Shown: positions 31,460 to 41,090 of the stretch, one piece after another | How the letters are laid out: every line of letters starts with the position of its first letter | Numbering within the stretch: the first letter of the stretch is position 1 | Assembly (NCBI GenBank): GCA_965233585.1 | Contig: CBDDTI010000747.1 | Span: forward strand, 352,001 to 416,000 | Direction of reading: 5' to 3' | Origin: a bacterium | GTDB taxonomy: Bacteria > SAR324 > NAC60-12 | DNA: 64,000 nt | Notes under the pieces: model-generated | What the model was told of the DNA's origin: nothing | The model's database searches: none | Seen by the model: only the letters and a program-made list of their open reading frames with translations | Made by a program: the position numbers and the translations under genes

Positions 31460-34123
31460 ATGAAAACGATTGACAAATCTTATCAACCCCAAAACTTTGA
31501 AAAAGCCATCTATCAGCAATGGGAACAAAGCAACTCCTTTCAGGCTGATTCTCAATCTGATAAACCTGCTTTTTCTATCTCAATGCCTCCCCCCAATGCC
31601 ACAGGCAGGCTCCATGCAGGTCATGCTGTCATGCTGGCAGTAGAAGACATTTTAGTCCGTTGGAAACGTATGTCTGGCTTTGAAGTCTTATGGCTACCGG
31701 GAACAGACCATGCCGCCATTGCAACAGAAAATGTTGTCATCTCTAAAATTCAAAAAGAAGAGGGCATTGCAGACCCACGTCAGACTTTAGGACGTGAAAA
31801 ATTACTTGAAAAAATTCATGAGTTCGTTGCTGATTCTCGTGATGTGATGAGGCAACAAATTCGTGCGATGGGTGCAAGCTGTGACTGGAGTCGTGAACGA
31901 TTTACGATGGATTCCGCATTGGATCGTTGCGTGAAAGAAACCTTCCAAAAAATGTTTCAAGATGGCTTGATTTATCGTGGGCAAAGAATTGTCAACTGGG
32001 ACCCCAAATTACAAACGAATGTTTCTGATGACGAAGTAGAACATCTTGAAGCCATCTCTCCATTTTACACATTTCAATATGGTCCTTTTCAAATTGGAAC
32101 TGTCAGACCTGAGACTAAATTTGGTGACAAATACGTGGTTGTCAACCCAGATGATGAACGTTACGCACACTTTGAACATGGACAGCAATTTGAATGTGAG
32201 TGGATCAATGGGAAAGTGCAAGCAACCTTAATCAAAGATGACGCTGTGGATCCCCATTTTGGCACGGGCGCCATGACCATCACACCATCACATGACCTGA
32301 ATGATTTTGAGATTGCACAGAGGCATCAACTGGATTATGAGCCCGTTATTGGTCTTGATGGCAAACTGCTGGGTATCGCTAATGAATTTGAGGGGCAAGA
32401 CATAGAGGCGGCACGTCCCCAAATTGTCAAAAAACTAGAATCTAAAGGGCTGTTAGTCAAAGTGGACAAAGACTACAAACACTCCAAAGCATTTAACAAA
32501 CGGGGGCTTGGCGTCATTGAACCCCAAGTGCGTGAACAATGGTTTGTCAATGTCAATACTCCCAAAATTCAGTGGAAGGGTCAAAAGCGGAGTTTCAAAG
32601 AGATTTTGCTTGATGTCATTCATTCGGGAGACATTCAAATCACACCTTCTCATTTTCAAGCAACGTATTTTCGTTGGGTGGACAATTTAAAAGACTGGTG
32701 TATTTCTCGTCAAATTTGGTGGGGGCATCGCATTCCCGTTTGGTATCATCGCCATTCTAACGAAATGGCTGTTGGTCAAGCTCCAAATGAAGACTTCTGG
32801 CAACAAGACCCTGACACGTTAGACACGTGGTTTTCTTCTGCCCTTTGGACGTTCTCAACCCTTGTGAACCCAAAACTAGCACAAGACCAGACACTTTCCT
32901 TTGAAGACATTTTAAAGCAAAGCACCGACCTGCAAAAATTTCACCCAACCAGTGTCATGGAAACAGGTTATGACATTTTGTTTTTTTGGGTGGCGAGAAT
33001 GATTTTAGTGACAACTTACATGCTGGGAGAAGTCCCCTTTTATGATGTTTATCTTCATGGGTTAGTGCGAACAAAAGACAATAAAAAAATGTCTAAATCT
33101 GACCCTGAGACATGTATGGATCCACTGGATTCCATTGAGCAGTGCGGAGCAGATGCCTTTCGTCTAGCCTTGATTGTTGGCACAGCACCGGGCATGGATT
33201 CTAAATTATTCCCTGAAAAAATAGAGTCTTGCAGACGCTTCACCAATAAAATCTGGAATGCGGGACGTTATGTTTTAATGACACTTGAAAACGTCAACAC
33301 CACACCACCAACACAAGTGAATGACCTCATTTCAAGATGGATTTTAAGCAGGCTAAATACTCTGATTGCTGATGTCAATTTGAATCTGGAAAAGTTTCGG
33401 CTGGCAGAAACCATTGAAATTTTGCGTAGCTTTTTATGGAATGAATTTTGTGATTGGTATCTTGAAATGTCTAAAAAGCCTGAACGTTCTGCTGAAGATG
33501 ACCATGTTTTAGCTTACGTTTACACATCATTGTTGAAGCTACTCCACCCTTACGTTCCTTTTGTCACAGAAACATTGTGGCAGTCTTTTGAACAAGACCA
33601 ACATTTGGTCAAGTCAGAATTTCCTCAAGTGCTACCACAATTTGACTTTGCCCACGATGAAGCCCAAATTTCACTCATCAAAGAAGTCATCTCACAAATC
33701 CGCATCTTACGGGACAAAGCAAAATTGGGGTTAAACCTGAAAATTCAGGCAAAGGTGGCATCAACAACAAAAAACAAATTGTTTTTTCAGTACGAAGAGA
33801 CCATCAAAAGACTGGCAAGATTAGAGTCTTTAGAAGTTTTGGAGCAAAAACCAGAAGGGGGACTCACTGCCTCTTTCCAAGATTGTCATGTGAGTATTGA
33901 AAGTCAAGTGGTTGACTGTGAAGAAGAGTTAAAAAGTTTAAAAAAGAAACTTCAAAAAGAACAAGCATTCATTCACAAAAGCGAGGTAAAACTTTCAAAT
34001 CAAGATTTTTTATCAAAAGCCCCACAAGCAATCGTTGAAGAACTCCAACAAAAAATCCAAGTAGCTCACGAAAAAGCTCAACAACTTCAAGACCAAATTG
34101 ACAAATTGCAAAGCCAGTCTTAA
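31460..34123 (+). CDS. valS: Valine-tRNA ligase
   Basis: PPPNATGRLHAGH, DWCISRQIWWGH, DTWFSS, KMSKS, C-terminal coiled coil. Confidence 0.97.
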   Translation: MKTIDKSYQPQNFEKAIYQQWEQSNSFQADSQSDKPAFSISMPPPNATGRLHAGHAVMLAVEDILVRWKRMSGFEVLWLPGTDHAAIATENVVISKIQKEEGIADPRQTLGREKLLEKIHEFVADSRDVMRQQIRAMGASCDWSRERFTMDSALDRCVKETFQKMFQDGLIYRGQRIVNWDPKLQTNVSDDEVEHLEAISPFYTFQYGPFQIGTVRPETKFGDKYVVVNPDDERYAHFEHGQQFECEWINGKVQATLIKDDAVDPHFGTGAMTITPSHDLNDFEIAQRHQLDYEPVIGLDGKLLGIANEFEGQDIEAARPQIVKKLESKGLLVKVDKDYKHSKAFNKRGLGVIEPQVREQWFVNVNTPKIQWKGQKRSFKEILLDVIHSGDIQITPSHFQATYFRWVDNLKDWCISRQIWWGHRIPVWYHRHSNEMAVGQAPNEDFWQQDPDTLDTWFSSALWTFSTLVNPKLAQDQTLSFEDILKQSTDLQKFHPTSVMETGYDILFFWVARMILVTTYMLGEVPFYDVYLHGLVRTKDNKKMSKSDPETCMDPLDSIEQCGADAFRLALIVGTAPGMDSKLFPEKIESCRRFTNKIWNAGRYVLMTLENVNTTPPTQVNDLISRWILSRLNTLIADVNLNLEKFRLAETIEILRSFLWNEFCDWYLEMSKKPERSAEDDHVLAYVYTSLLKLLHPYVPFVTETLWQSFEQDQHLVKSEFPQVLPQFDFAHDEAQISLIKEVISQIRILRDKAKLGLNLKIQAKVASTTKNKLFFQYEETIKRLARLESLEVLEQKPEGGLTASFQDCHVSIESQVVDCEEELKSLKKKLQKEQAFIHKSEVKLSNQDFLSKAPQAIVEELQQKIQVAHEKAQQLQDQIDKLQSQS

Positions 34124-34159
34124 ATCCCAAAAAACAAAAGTAAAATTGCTCACTTAAGC

Positions 34160-34700
34160 TCCCCAATGACGATTTTCAAGATGAGCAATGCAGAAAAGAC
34201 ATGTCTGAAACCCAGTCACTTGAGTGCTTGACACGGAGTCTCTCTTAAACCAAGCACAGATTCCTACATGATTTGATTCCTGCCCCTGTTTTCACAAAGG
34301 TGACATTCTTTCGCTCCGAATGACTGTAGTAGTCATTCCGTGCTTGACACGGAATCTCAAAAAACAAGAGTCTTTTGGGAAAATAAAGAGAGATGCGGGT
34401 CAAGGTCAGCAATGACTGTTTGCAAGGTGAACCATGACAAAAAAAGTGTTCCAATTCCCCTCTCTTTTTTTCTGTCATTCCGCACTTGATGCGGAATCTA
34501 TCAGCAATTAGAGGATAGATTCCTGCTTTCGCTCCGAATGACAAAGAAAGAGGAAAGAATGACCAAAGGCAACTCAGCCAAATCCTCCCGTCACTTGAGT
34601 GCCTGACACGGAATCTCAAAAAAAGGAGTTGTTGGCAAAAAGACAAGGGAGATTGCAGGTCAAGGTGAGCAATGACTAAAACACGTCTGCAATGACAGGG
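34160..34700. repeat. REP/REPIN-like palindrome cluster
   Basis: Multiple gtcattccgcacttgatgcggaatct and gtcacttgagtgcttgacacggaatctc units. Confidence 0.85.
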
Positions 34701-35009
34701 GAATGAACAAAATAAAACGGGTGGTCATTGTCAAAACACTGCACCAAAAAAGTTGCACTAAAAATGACTTGAACTTTGAAGGACATTTCTCTGGGATTCT
34801 GTTCTGATGATTTTTTAAAAAGACGTTGAAAGGCAACAGGCACTCCTTGTCTCTGGCAAATTACATGAGCTTTGAGTCTGTAACACTCTGTGTTTTTGCT
34901 TGGAATGTAGCCTCTAAATTGTTGTTCCTGAAAGAGTTTGCAACGAGGGATTCTGATGTTGTGGCAAGCTGCAATACGGACTACTTCTTACTAGCAACTT
35001 GGGTTAGGA

Positions 35010-35852
35010 TTATTCTTTGACAGCACCAGCGGTTAACCCTGACATGATTTGTCGTTGTAAGACCACAAACAACAAAAGCACAGGCAACACCGACAAGATA
35101 GAAGCTGCCATGAGTTCATTCCATATCACTTGTTGTCTTCCAGCAAACTGGAACAAGCCTTGTGGGATTGGCATGATTTCAGTCCTATTATTGAAAGTCA
35201 CTGCAAAAATAAATTGGTTGGCATAAGCACTAATGAAGGTATATGCGGCAACAACTGCAATCCCCGGTGCGGCTAATGGCACAATCACTTTCCAGATGGT
35301 GTAAAACGGTGAAGCTCCGTCTATCCATGCCGCTTCTTCTAATTCTTTGGGAATCCTTTCTATGTAGGGTTTTAACAAAAAAACAGATGTGGGAATCAAA
35401 AATGCTGTCCCTGGGATAATCATTGCGGCATAAGTGTTGAGCAAGCCTAATGCTTTCAGCTGACGGTACAAGGGAATGAGCAAAACTGCACCTGAAAACA
35501 TGTTGACCAGAAGCATAGAAGCAAGGATTTGTCTGCTCCCTGCAAATTGCAATCTTGCAAAAGCATAGGCAGCTGGAATACACAAGAGCAACACCAACAC
35601 TGTCACAAAACCCCCAATGTACAAGCTGTTGAGCATGTAACGTCCTAGCATGGGAACAGTTGACCACATCTGAAGATAGGATTGAAAACTAAACCTTTCT
35701 GACCAGAATTGATAAGGTGATGAAAACAAGTGGTCTAGCGGACGCAACGAGACAAAAAACATCTCTACAAAAGGCAGCAAGACAAACGTTAGAAAAACAA
35801 AGGTGAAGAAGTAGATGATGATTTTGAGATAGAGCGGATAGCGACTAATCAT
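35010..35852 (-). CDS. Carbohydrate ABC transporter permease (MalG-like)
   Basis: IPKELEEAAWIDGAS; GLTAGAVKE C-terminus. Confidence 0.95.
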   Translation of the reverse strand: MISRYPLYLKIIIYFFTFVFLTFVLLPFVEMFFVSLRPLDHLFSSPYQFWSERFSFQSYLQMWSTVPMLGRYMLNSLYIGGFVTVLVLLLCIPAAYAFARLQFAGSRQILASMLLVNMFSGAVLLIPLYRQLKALGLLNTYAAMIIPGTAFLIPTSVFLLKPYIERIPKELEEAAWIDGASPFYTIWKVIVPLAAPGIAVVAAYTFISAYANQFIFAVTFNNRTEIMPIPQGLFQFAGRQQVIWNELMAASILSVLPVLLLFVVLQRQIMSGLTAGAVKE

Positions 35853-36742
35853 TTTTGGACTCCTGAATCACGATTTGCCAGATATTTGAGTAATTGGAAA
35901 TACAAGAAAATGAAAGAAGACAGAATCAAAACAATGACCACAGCACGTGCAGAGCCTTCTCCATATTTAAACCTCCGTAAACCGACTTTAAACATATCTA
36001 TAATCATGGTGGTTGTTGCCTTGCCGGGTCCGCCTTTGGTTAAAATCCAAATCGGTTCAAAAGAGTTAAACGTCCAAATGGCAGACAGAATAGACATGCT
36101 ACTTAAAACAGGAGCAATTTGAGGGATTGTAATCTCCCAGAACCGATGCCAGCGAGACGCCCCATCTACCCATGCGGCTTCGTACAAATCTTTTGGCACT
36201 CCCTGCATGGCAGCCAATAAAAACAAGGTGACCATTGGAGTCCCTATCCAAACATCAGTGACCATCACCGACCAAAAAGCAGATACACGATGCCCCAAAA
36301 ACTCATAAGGTCCATCTAAAATTCCTAAATTTTGCAACGTTCCACTAATCAATCCAAAATTTCCTTGATACAGCCAAGTCCAGCCTATGATGCCAATCGC
36401 AATCGGCACAACCCAAGGAGGCATGAGTAAAATACGAAAAAGCGTTGTACCACGAAGGGAAGCATTGAGAAGTAAAGCCCCCAAAGTGCCAATCACCATT
36501 TTTAGCCCAACCCCAAGGAACATCCACAGGAAAGTTAAACCAATCACTTGATGAAAATTTCTGGAAAAGATTTTGGTGTAATTTTGGAATCCGATGTACT
36601 CATAGGTTGGTCTGAGTGAGGCATTTGTGAAAGATAGACGTATTGTCTCTATGAGGGGAACAGCCACAATGAATAACAAAAATCCCACAGCGGGAAAAAT
36701 CAAAAGATACGCAAAAAAAGCCTTAAACTGCCTTCTGGTCAT
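35849..36742 (-). CDS. Carbohydrate ABC transporter permease (MalF-like)
   Basis: YIGFQNY, LYEAAWVDGAS, LTKGGP. Confidence 0.95.
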   Translation of the reverse strand: MTRRQFKAFFAYLLIFPAVGFLLFIVAVPLIETIRLSFTNASLRPTYEYIGFQNYTKIFSRNFHQVIGLTFLWMFLGVGLKMVIGTLGALLLNASLRGTTLFRILLMPPWVVPIAIGIIGWTWLYQGNFGLISGTLQNLGILDGPYEFLGHRVSAFWSVMVTDVWIGTPMVTLFLLAAMQGVPKDLYEAAWVDGASRWHRFWEITIPQIAPVLSSMSILSAIWTFNSFEPIWILTKGGPGKATTTMIIDMFKVGLRRFKYGEGSARAVVIVLILSSFIFLYFQLLKYLANRDSGVQK

Positions 36743-36782
36743 TGTCTTAGATGTATCTCTAAATTGATTAATGTCTTTACAA

Positions 36783-37931
36783 CTAAACTAAAGCATAGGA
36801 ATCCAGTTGATTCCAAGTGTTTTGTAAATCAATCATTGTTCCTGTCTTTCTGGATTCGTCTGCTTTTAAGGCAACTAGACCTGCAATCATGGCATCTACC
36901 ACAGAGACAGGTTGTTCGGCAGAGTCTCTCCAGAATGCCAGTAAATCTTTCACCATGAGTTCATCTGCTCCATAATGCCCGGAGCCATCTTTGCTATATT
37001 GCTGGTCAAACAATATCTTGCCACTGTGTGCATCATGGATTTTTAAGAAACCCCGCATAAAGTCGCCTTCTGCCATGCCACTGCTTCCAATCACAGCAAA
37101 ACGTCTGTATTCATCAGGAACATTAAGGTTGGTATGAAAGGATAAGTTTGCACCGTTTTCATATTCCATAAGCACAGTTTGATAGTCAATAATGTCCCCT
37201 TGAGAGTCAAAAACTTGGTTGCTTCCTTGCCAGCCACTTGGCTTGCGATGGAACACTTCTATTGAAGACCCAGCAGGGGGTTCATTGCCTTTGACAAAAG
37301 ATTTTCTTCCACCAAAACTTGCAATTTTCTTGGGTCTTGAATTGACAATCATGTTGTAAATGTCAAAATCATGGCAGCATTTCTCTATCAAAAATCCCCC
37401 TGAGTACTTCTCAAACCGTCGCCAATCTCTCATAAAAAAGGCGCCATGGTAGGGTGCAATGTGTTCTGTGGCTTCCATGCCTCCAATTTGTCCAAGTTTT
37501 GGTAGGAATTTTTTGAGGTCTCGCATGTGTTGGGAATATCTTAAAACTAAGCCAACGCTCATTTTTTGAGTCCCATGCTTTTGCAAAAGTTCTGCAAGTT
37601 GCCACGTTTGTTGTTCAGACACCACAATTGGCTTTTCTGAAAAAATTTGATAGCCTGCCTCAAGTCCTTTTTGGATATGTTCCAGATGCAAATGATTCGG
37701 AGAGCCAATCATCAAAATATCAAAATCTTCTTTGGCAATCATTTCATCAAGCGTGTCATATCCCTTTGGGGACGCCCCCGCTTTTTGAAGAGTCTCCAAT
37801 CCTGCAGGTTGCGGGTCAGCGTATGACACCATTTCAACATCTGAATCTGCTTGCATCAAGAGTCTGCCAAGATGCCCCAAACGGAATCCCAGACCTACCA
37901 TTCCAAAACGAATTTTCTTTTGATGTGTCAT
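36783..37931 (-). CDS. Gfo/Idh/MocA family oxidoreductase
   Basis: GMVGLGFR, SPNHLH, FSEKP, EKCCHDFD. Confidence 0.92.
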   Translation of the reverse strand: MTHQKKIRFGMVGLGFRLGHLGRLLMQADSDVEMVSYADPQPAGLETLQKAGASPKGYDTLDEMIAKEDFDILMIGSPNHLHLEHIQKGLEAGYQIFSEKPIVVSEQQTWQLAELLQKHGTQKMSVGLVLRYSQHMRDLKKFLPKLGQIGGMEATEHIAPYHGAFFMRDWRRFEKYSGGFLIEKCCHDFDIYNMIVNSRPKKIASFGGRKSFVKGNEPPAGSSIEVFHRKPSGWQGSNQVFDSQGDIIDYQTVLMEYENGANLSFHTNLNVPDEYRRFAVIGSSGMAEGDFMRGFLKIHDAHSGKILFDQQYSKDGSGHYGADELMVKDLLAFWRDSAEQPVSVVDAMIAGLVALKADESRKTGTMIDLQNTWNQLDSYALV

Positions 37932-37959
37932 GTGTGGTTTGTGATAGATTGAAAGTGTA

Positions 37960-38919
37960 TCATTGACAAAGAGTGTGCATGTAGAGTTCTAGTAATTTTT
38001 CATTGTCAACTTGAGTGCAAATTTTTTGACTAGGTTGGTCGCTCCATTCATCAATGGCATAGCGACGTTGGTCTTTTTTCAACATTGTGTGTCCAACAGC
38101 AACACCTTCTTTGACCACGCGTATTGGACCTTCTTGAATAGTGAAAAGTTCAGGGGCAATCAAGTAAGCAAGAGCAGAAAAGTCATGCACACAAAACCCT
38201 AAGGCATTTCGTTCTCTTTTGTAAAAATCGGAATAAAGACGGCTGATGTCATAAACGAATTGACCATATTCTTTTGAATTTTGACGCAAGACTTCCATGT
38301 AATCATCACTCATCACAGATTGATGAGTGACGTCTAAACCAACCATCGTCACTTGCCAGTTTGACGTGAGAACCATGTCAGCGGCATGAGGGTCGCAAAT
38401 GATGTTTGCCTCCGCAAAGGGTGTGACGTTTCCTGCATGTCCATTGTATCCAAAAGCACCTCCCATCAAGACCACTTCTTTGGCTAGTTTGATGATGCTT
38501 GGTTCTTTTTGAAGAGCCAAAGCCAGATTAGTCAGACTTGCCACACCAACGATTGTGATTTCCTGAGGGTGTGCTTTGAGTGTGTCAATGATGTAGTCAT
38601 GGGCAGGTCTTGGGTCAGGTTGACCATAATCTTTATCAGGAATGTCAATGTCACCTAAAGCATTTTGACCATGGATAAAGGTCGGAGGAGGATGAAGTTC
38701 ACGAACTAATGGCTGACCTGCACCTTTGGCAACATCGGCAGTCAGTCCAAATTTTTGCTTCACAAACAAGGCATTTCTCGTAACGTTTTCAATCGTGCCA
38801 TTGCCAAAAACAGTGGTCATGCCAAGCAAATCTATTTCTGGGCAGGCATGAGCAAAGAGGATTGCCATCGTGTCATCTACACCAGGGTCTGTGTCAAAAA
38901 TAATTTTATGCTTTGTCAT
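37960..38919 (-). CDS. Nucleoside hydrolase (IU-NH family)
   Basis: DTDPGVDD, TVFGN, MGGA, AEANI, GLDVT, VHD motifs. Confidence 0.93.
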   Translation of the reverse strand: MTKHKIIFDTDPGVDDTMAILFAHACPEIDLLGMTTVFGNGTIENVTRNALFVKQKFGLTADVAKGAGQPLVRELHPPPTFIHGQNALGDIDIPDKDYGQPDPRPAHDYIIDTLKAHPQEITIVGVASLTNLALALQKEPSIIKLAKEVVLMGGAFGYNGHAGNVTPFAEANIICDPHAADMVLTSNWQVTMVGLDVTHQSVMSDDYMEVLRQNSKEYGQFVYDISRLYSDFYKRERNALGFCVHDFSALAYLIAPELFTIQEGPIRVVKEGVAVGHTMLKKDQRRYAIDEWSDQPSQKICTQVDNEKLLELYMHTLCQ

Positions 38920-40166
38920 AAAATTTTCCTTACTTTGAGGATTGAATTTTTAGAGGGTTGAATTTTCATCTGTTCTAATAGCAAACAAACCATGACTAAA
39001 GTGCTGACTATCACAAAAAGAATGGCAACCATGACCATTGCTCTTGAGACTCCAAAGTTTTCTACTACTTTTGCAGAAAATGCTGGTGCTAGAGTCGTCC
39101 CAGTTGCCCCACAGGTCAGCAAAAAAGTGACTAAGACAGGAGGGGCGTTTTTAACTTGTTGAGATCCTAAAGAAACAGTCAATTTATAGGCGCAAACTGT
39201 GAAGAATCCAAACCCTAAAGTCACCATTAAAAATAAATCTGCACGGTCTGTCATGCTTAAAAAAGCAGTGGCAACAACTGCAATGGAAAGGACACCAATC
39301 AAGACGAATCTGGCAGGAACTTTGCTGACCAAGACAGCAATCACCATCAGTCCAAACACTGCAGGTCCCCAATAATTGCCCACAGCTGCCCCTGCCTCAT
39401 TTGCTGATAATCCAAAAGTCTCTTGTAAGTAACTCGGTGACCATGTGATAAACGTCGCTTGACCTGCAGTATAAAAACACAGAGCAAAGCCAATCAGTAA
39501 AACCCTGACGTTCAAGACGTTTTTGAACAGTTTGAACATTTGACTCGGCTTAACCGACTGTTCTTGTAATGCTTTTTCAGGGTAATTCAAAAATAAAGTA
39601 CTCACAGCAACCATGAGAGCAACAACTGCCACTGCACCATAAGAATAAACCCAAGAGATGTTTTTAAAAATAATCCAAGTAGCTAGTGTAGAGAATAGGA
39701 AACTTGAGGCACTAAACGCCGCATCTGCTGTGATGAATGCTGATGCTCGTTGAGCTTCAGTAAAAATTTTGGAAATCACAACTGCCCCACCAGAAAGCCC
39801 AATGCCTGCACAAAAACCTATTGCAAGTAAGTACAAAGAAATGACAGATTGCTCACGAATATCCAATAAAGTCAATGCAGACACGACTAATATGAAAAAC
39901 AAATAAGCAACACGCAACACTTGACGAATTGCAAATTTAGAATACACCAACATTGAAAGGGTCGTCCCCACCAAAACCCCACCTGTGAGATATGAGAACA
40001 TTGCCGCAGAGTCAGTCATGCTAATACCTAGATAACCAGCAACGGGTTGGATAATGATTCCTGTCTGCATGATTAAACCTGACATGATTGCATAAGTCAG
40101 GCAAGCCGCAGTCATCAAGCTGATTTTGTGAAATGTCATCGCTTTCAAAAGTTGTTTTTGAATCAC
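38916..40166 (-). CDS. MFS transporter, TsgA-like
   Basis: About 12 hydrophobic segments; TAACLTYAIMSGL N-terminal motif resembling TsgA. Confidence 0.8.
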   Translation of the reverse strand: MIQKQLLKAMTFHKISLMTAACLTYAIMSGLIMQTGIIIQPVAGYLGISMTDSAAMFSYLTGGVLVGTTLSMLVYSKFAIRQVLRVAYLFFILVVSALTLLDIREQSVISLYLLAIGFCAGIGLSGGAVVISKIFTEAQRASAFITADAAFSASSFLFSTLATWIIFKNISWVYSYGAVAVVALMVAVSTLFLNYPEKALQEQSVKPSQMFKLFKNVLNVRVLLIGFALCFYTAGQATFITWSPSYLQETFGLSANEAGAAVGNYWGPAVFGLMVIAVLVSKVPARFVLIGVLSIAVVATAFLSMTDRADLFLMVTLGFGFFTVCAYKLTVSLGSQQVKNAPPVLVTFLLTCGATGTTLAPAFSAKVVENFGVSRAMVMVAILFVIVSTLVMVCLLLEQMKIQPSKNSILKVRKIL

Positions 40167-40246
40167 CTCAAAGTCTGCCAGTTAACCCCAACATAGTCAG
40201 TCTTCCAAGACAAAGATTGATTTTTCTAGTAAAAATTGAACACGCT

Positions 40247-40275
40247 ATCATGCAACATTCACAATCAGTTGTCAA
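40247..40275 (-). promoter_or_regulatory. Sigma70 promoter of the MFS/nucleoside hydrolase operon
   Basis: TTGACA-17 nt-CATGAT on the minus strand. Confidence 0.6.
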
Positions 40276-40429
40276 GTTTTTATCAAATCATCTTTCTTTA
40301 TAGCTAATCAGGTTCTCAGCACAATACGTTGCTCTCTTATCATTCCTAATTCTTTAGAACGAGTTCCTGTTTAGGCTGTAAAACTTTAAACCTTGCCCTG
40401 CAACCTCACTTGTCTTTTTTCCAAACTTC

Positions 40430-40862
40430 CCGTCATTGCTCACCTTGCCCACAATTTCTTTTTGTTTTTTGAGATTCCGTGTCAATCAAGGAATGACTGA
40501 ATCGTCATTGCTGACCTTGAAAATTGTCATTGCGTGCTTGACCCGCAATCTCTCTTTTTTTCTTCAAACACAGGACAAACACTTGGGTTTGTCCCTACGT
40601 TGTGACCTGATGGCTTGCCTTTTCGTCATTCTGTGCTTGACCCGCAATCTCTCTTTTTTTCTTCAAACACAGGACAAACACTTGGGTTTGTCCCTACGCT
40701 GTCACCTGCTGACGTGTCTTGGTCATTGCGGGCTTGACCCGCAATCTTGTTTTGTTTTTGGGATTCCGCATCAAGCACGGAATGACTGCTACTGTCATTC
40801 CTGCGAAAGCAGGAATCCATGCTTGGTTTGGTGATAGATTCCGCATCAAGTGCGGAATGACC
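40430..40862. repeat. REP cluster including GTAG-type hairpins
   Basis: GTCATT-family units plus two copies of aggacaaacacttgggtttgtccctac. Confidence 0.85.
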
Positions 40863-40922
40863 AAGAGAGATTTTGAGAAATCTTAAAAATTCCTTAAAAA
40901 ACCAAAAAATTCCCTCAAAATT

Positions 40923-40963
40923 CTGAGTCGTGGCTTGTATTTTTTTTTGTACTTGCATAGTAT
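40923..40963 (+). promoter_or_regulatory. Promoter with T9 tract upstream of SBBP gene 1
   Basis: TTGTAT-17 nt-TAGTAT with a homopolymer T run in the spacer. Confidence 0.7.
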
Positions 40964-41090
40964 GGGTTTGGTTTTTCTTCAACTCTTTCCCCTGAAAATT
41001 AGATGATGTTTTTTCAAACCAAGAGTTGTTCCCACGAAAGCACCCGTTGGGTATTTTCTTTTTGTTCAACCTCTACATGGAGTCCATCAA

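Noticed and set aside
34740..35005. ncRNA or small gene downstream of the second ABC cluster
   Set aside because: No recognisable structure, RBS-backed ORF or family motif.
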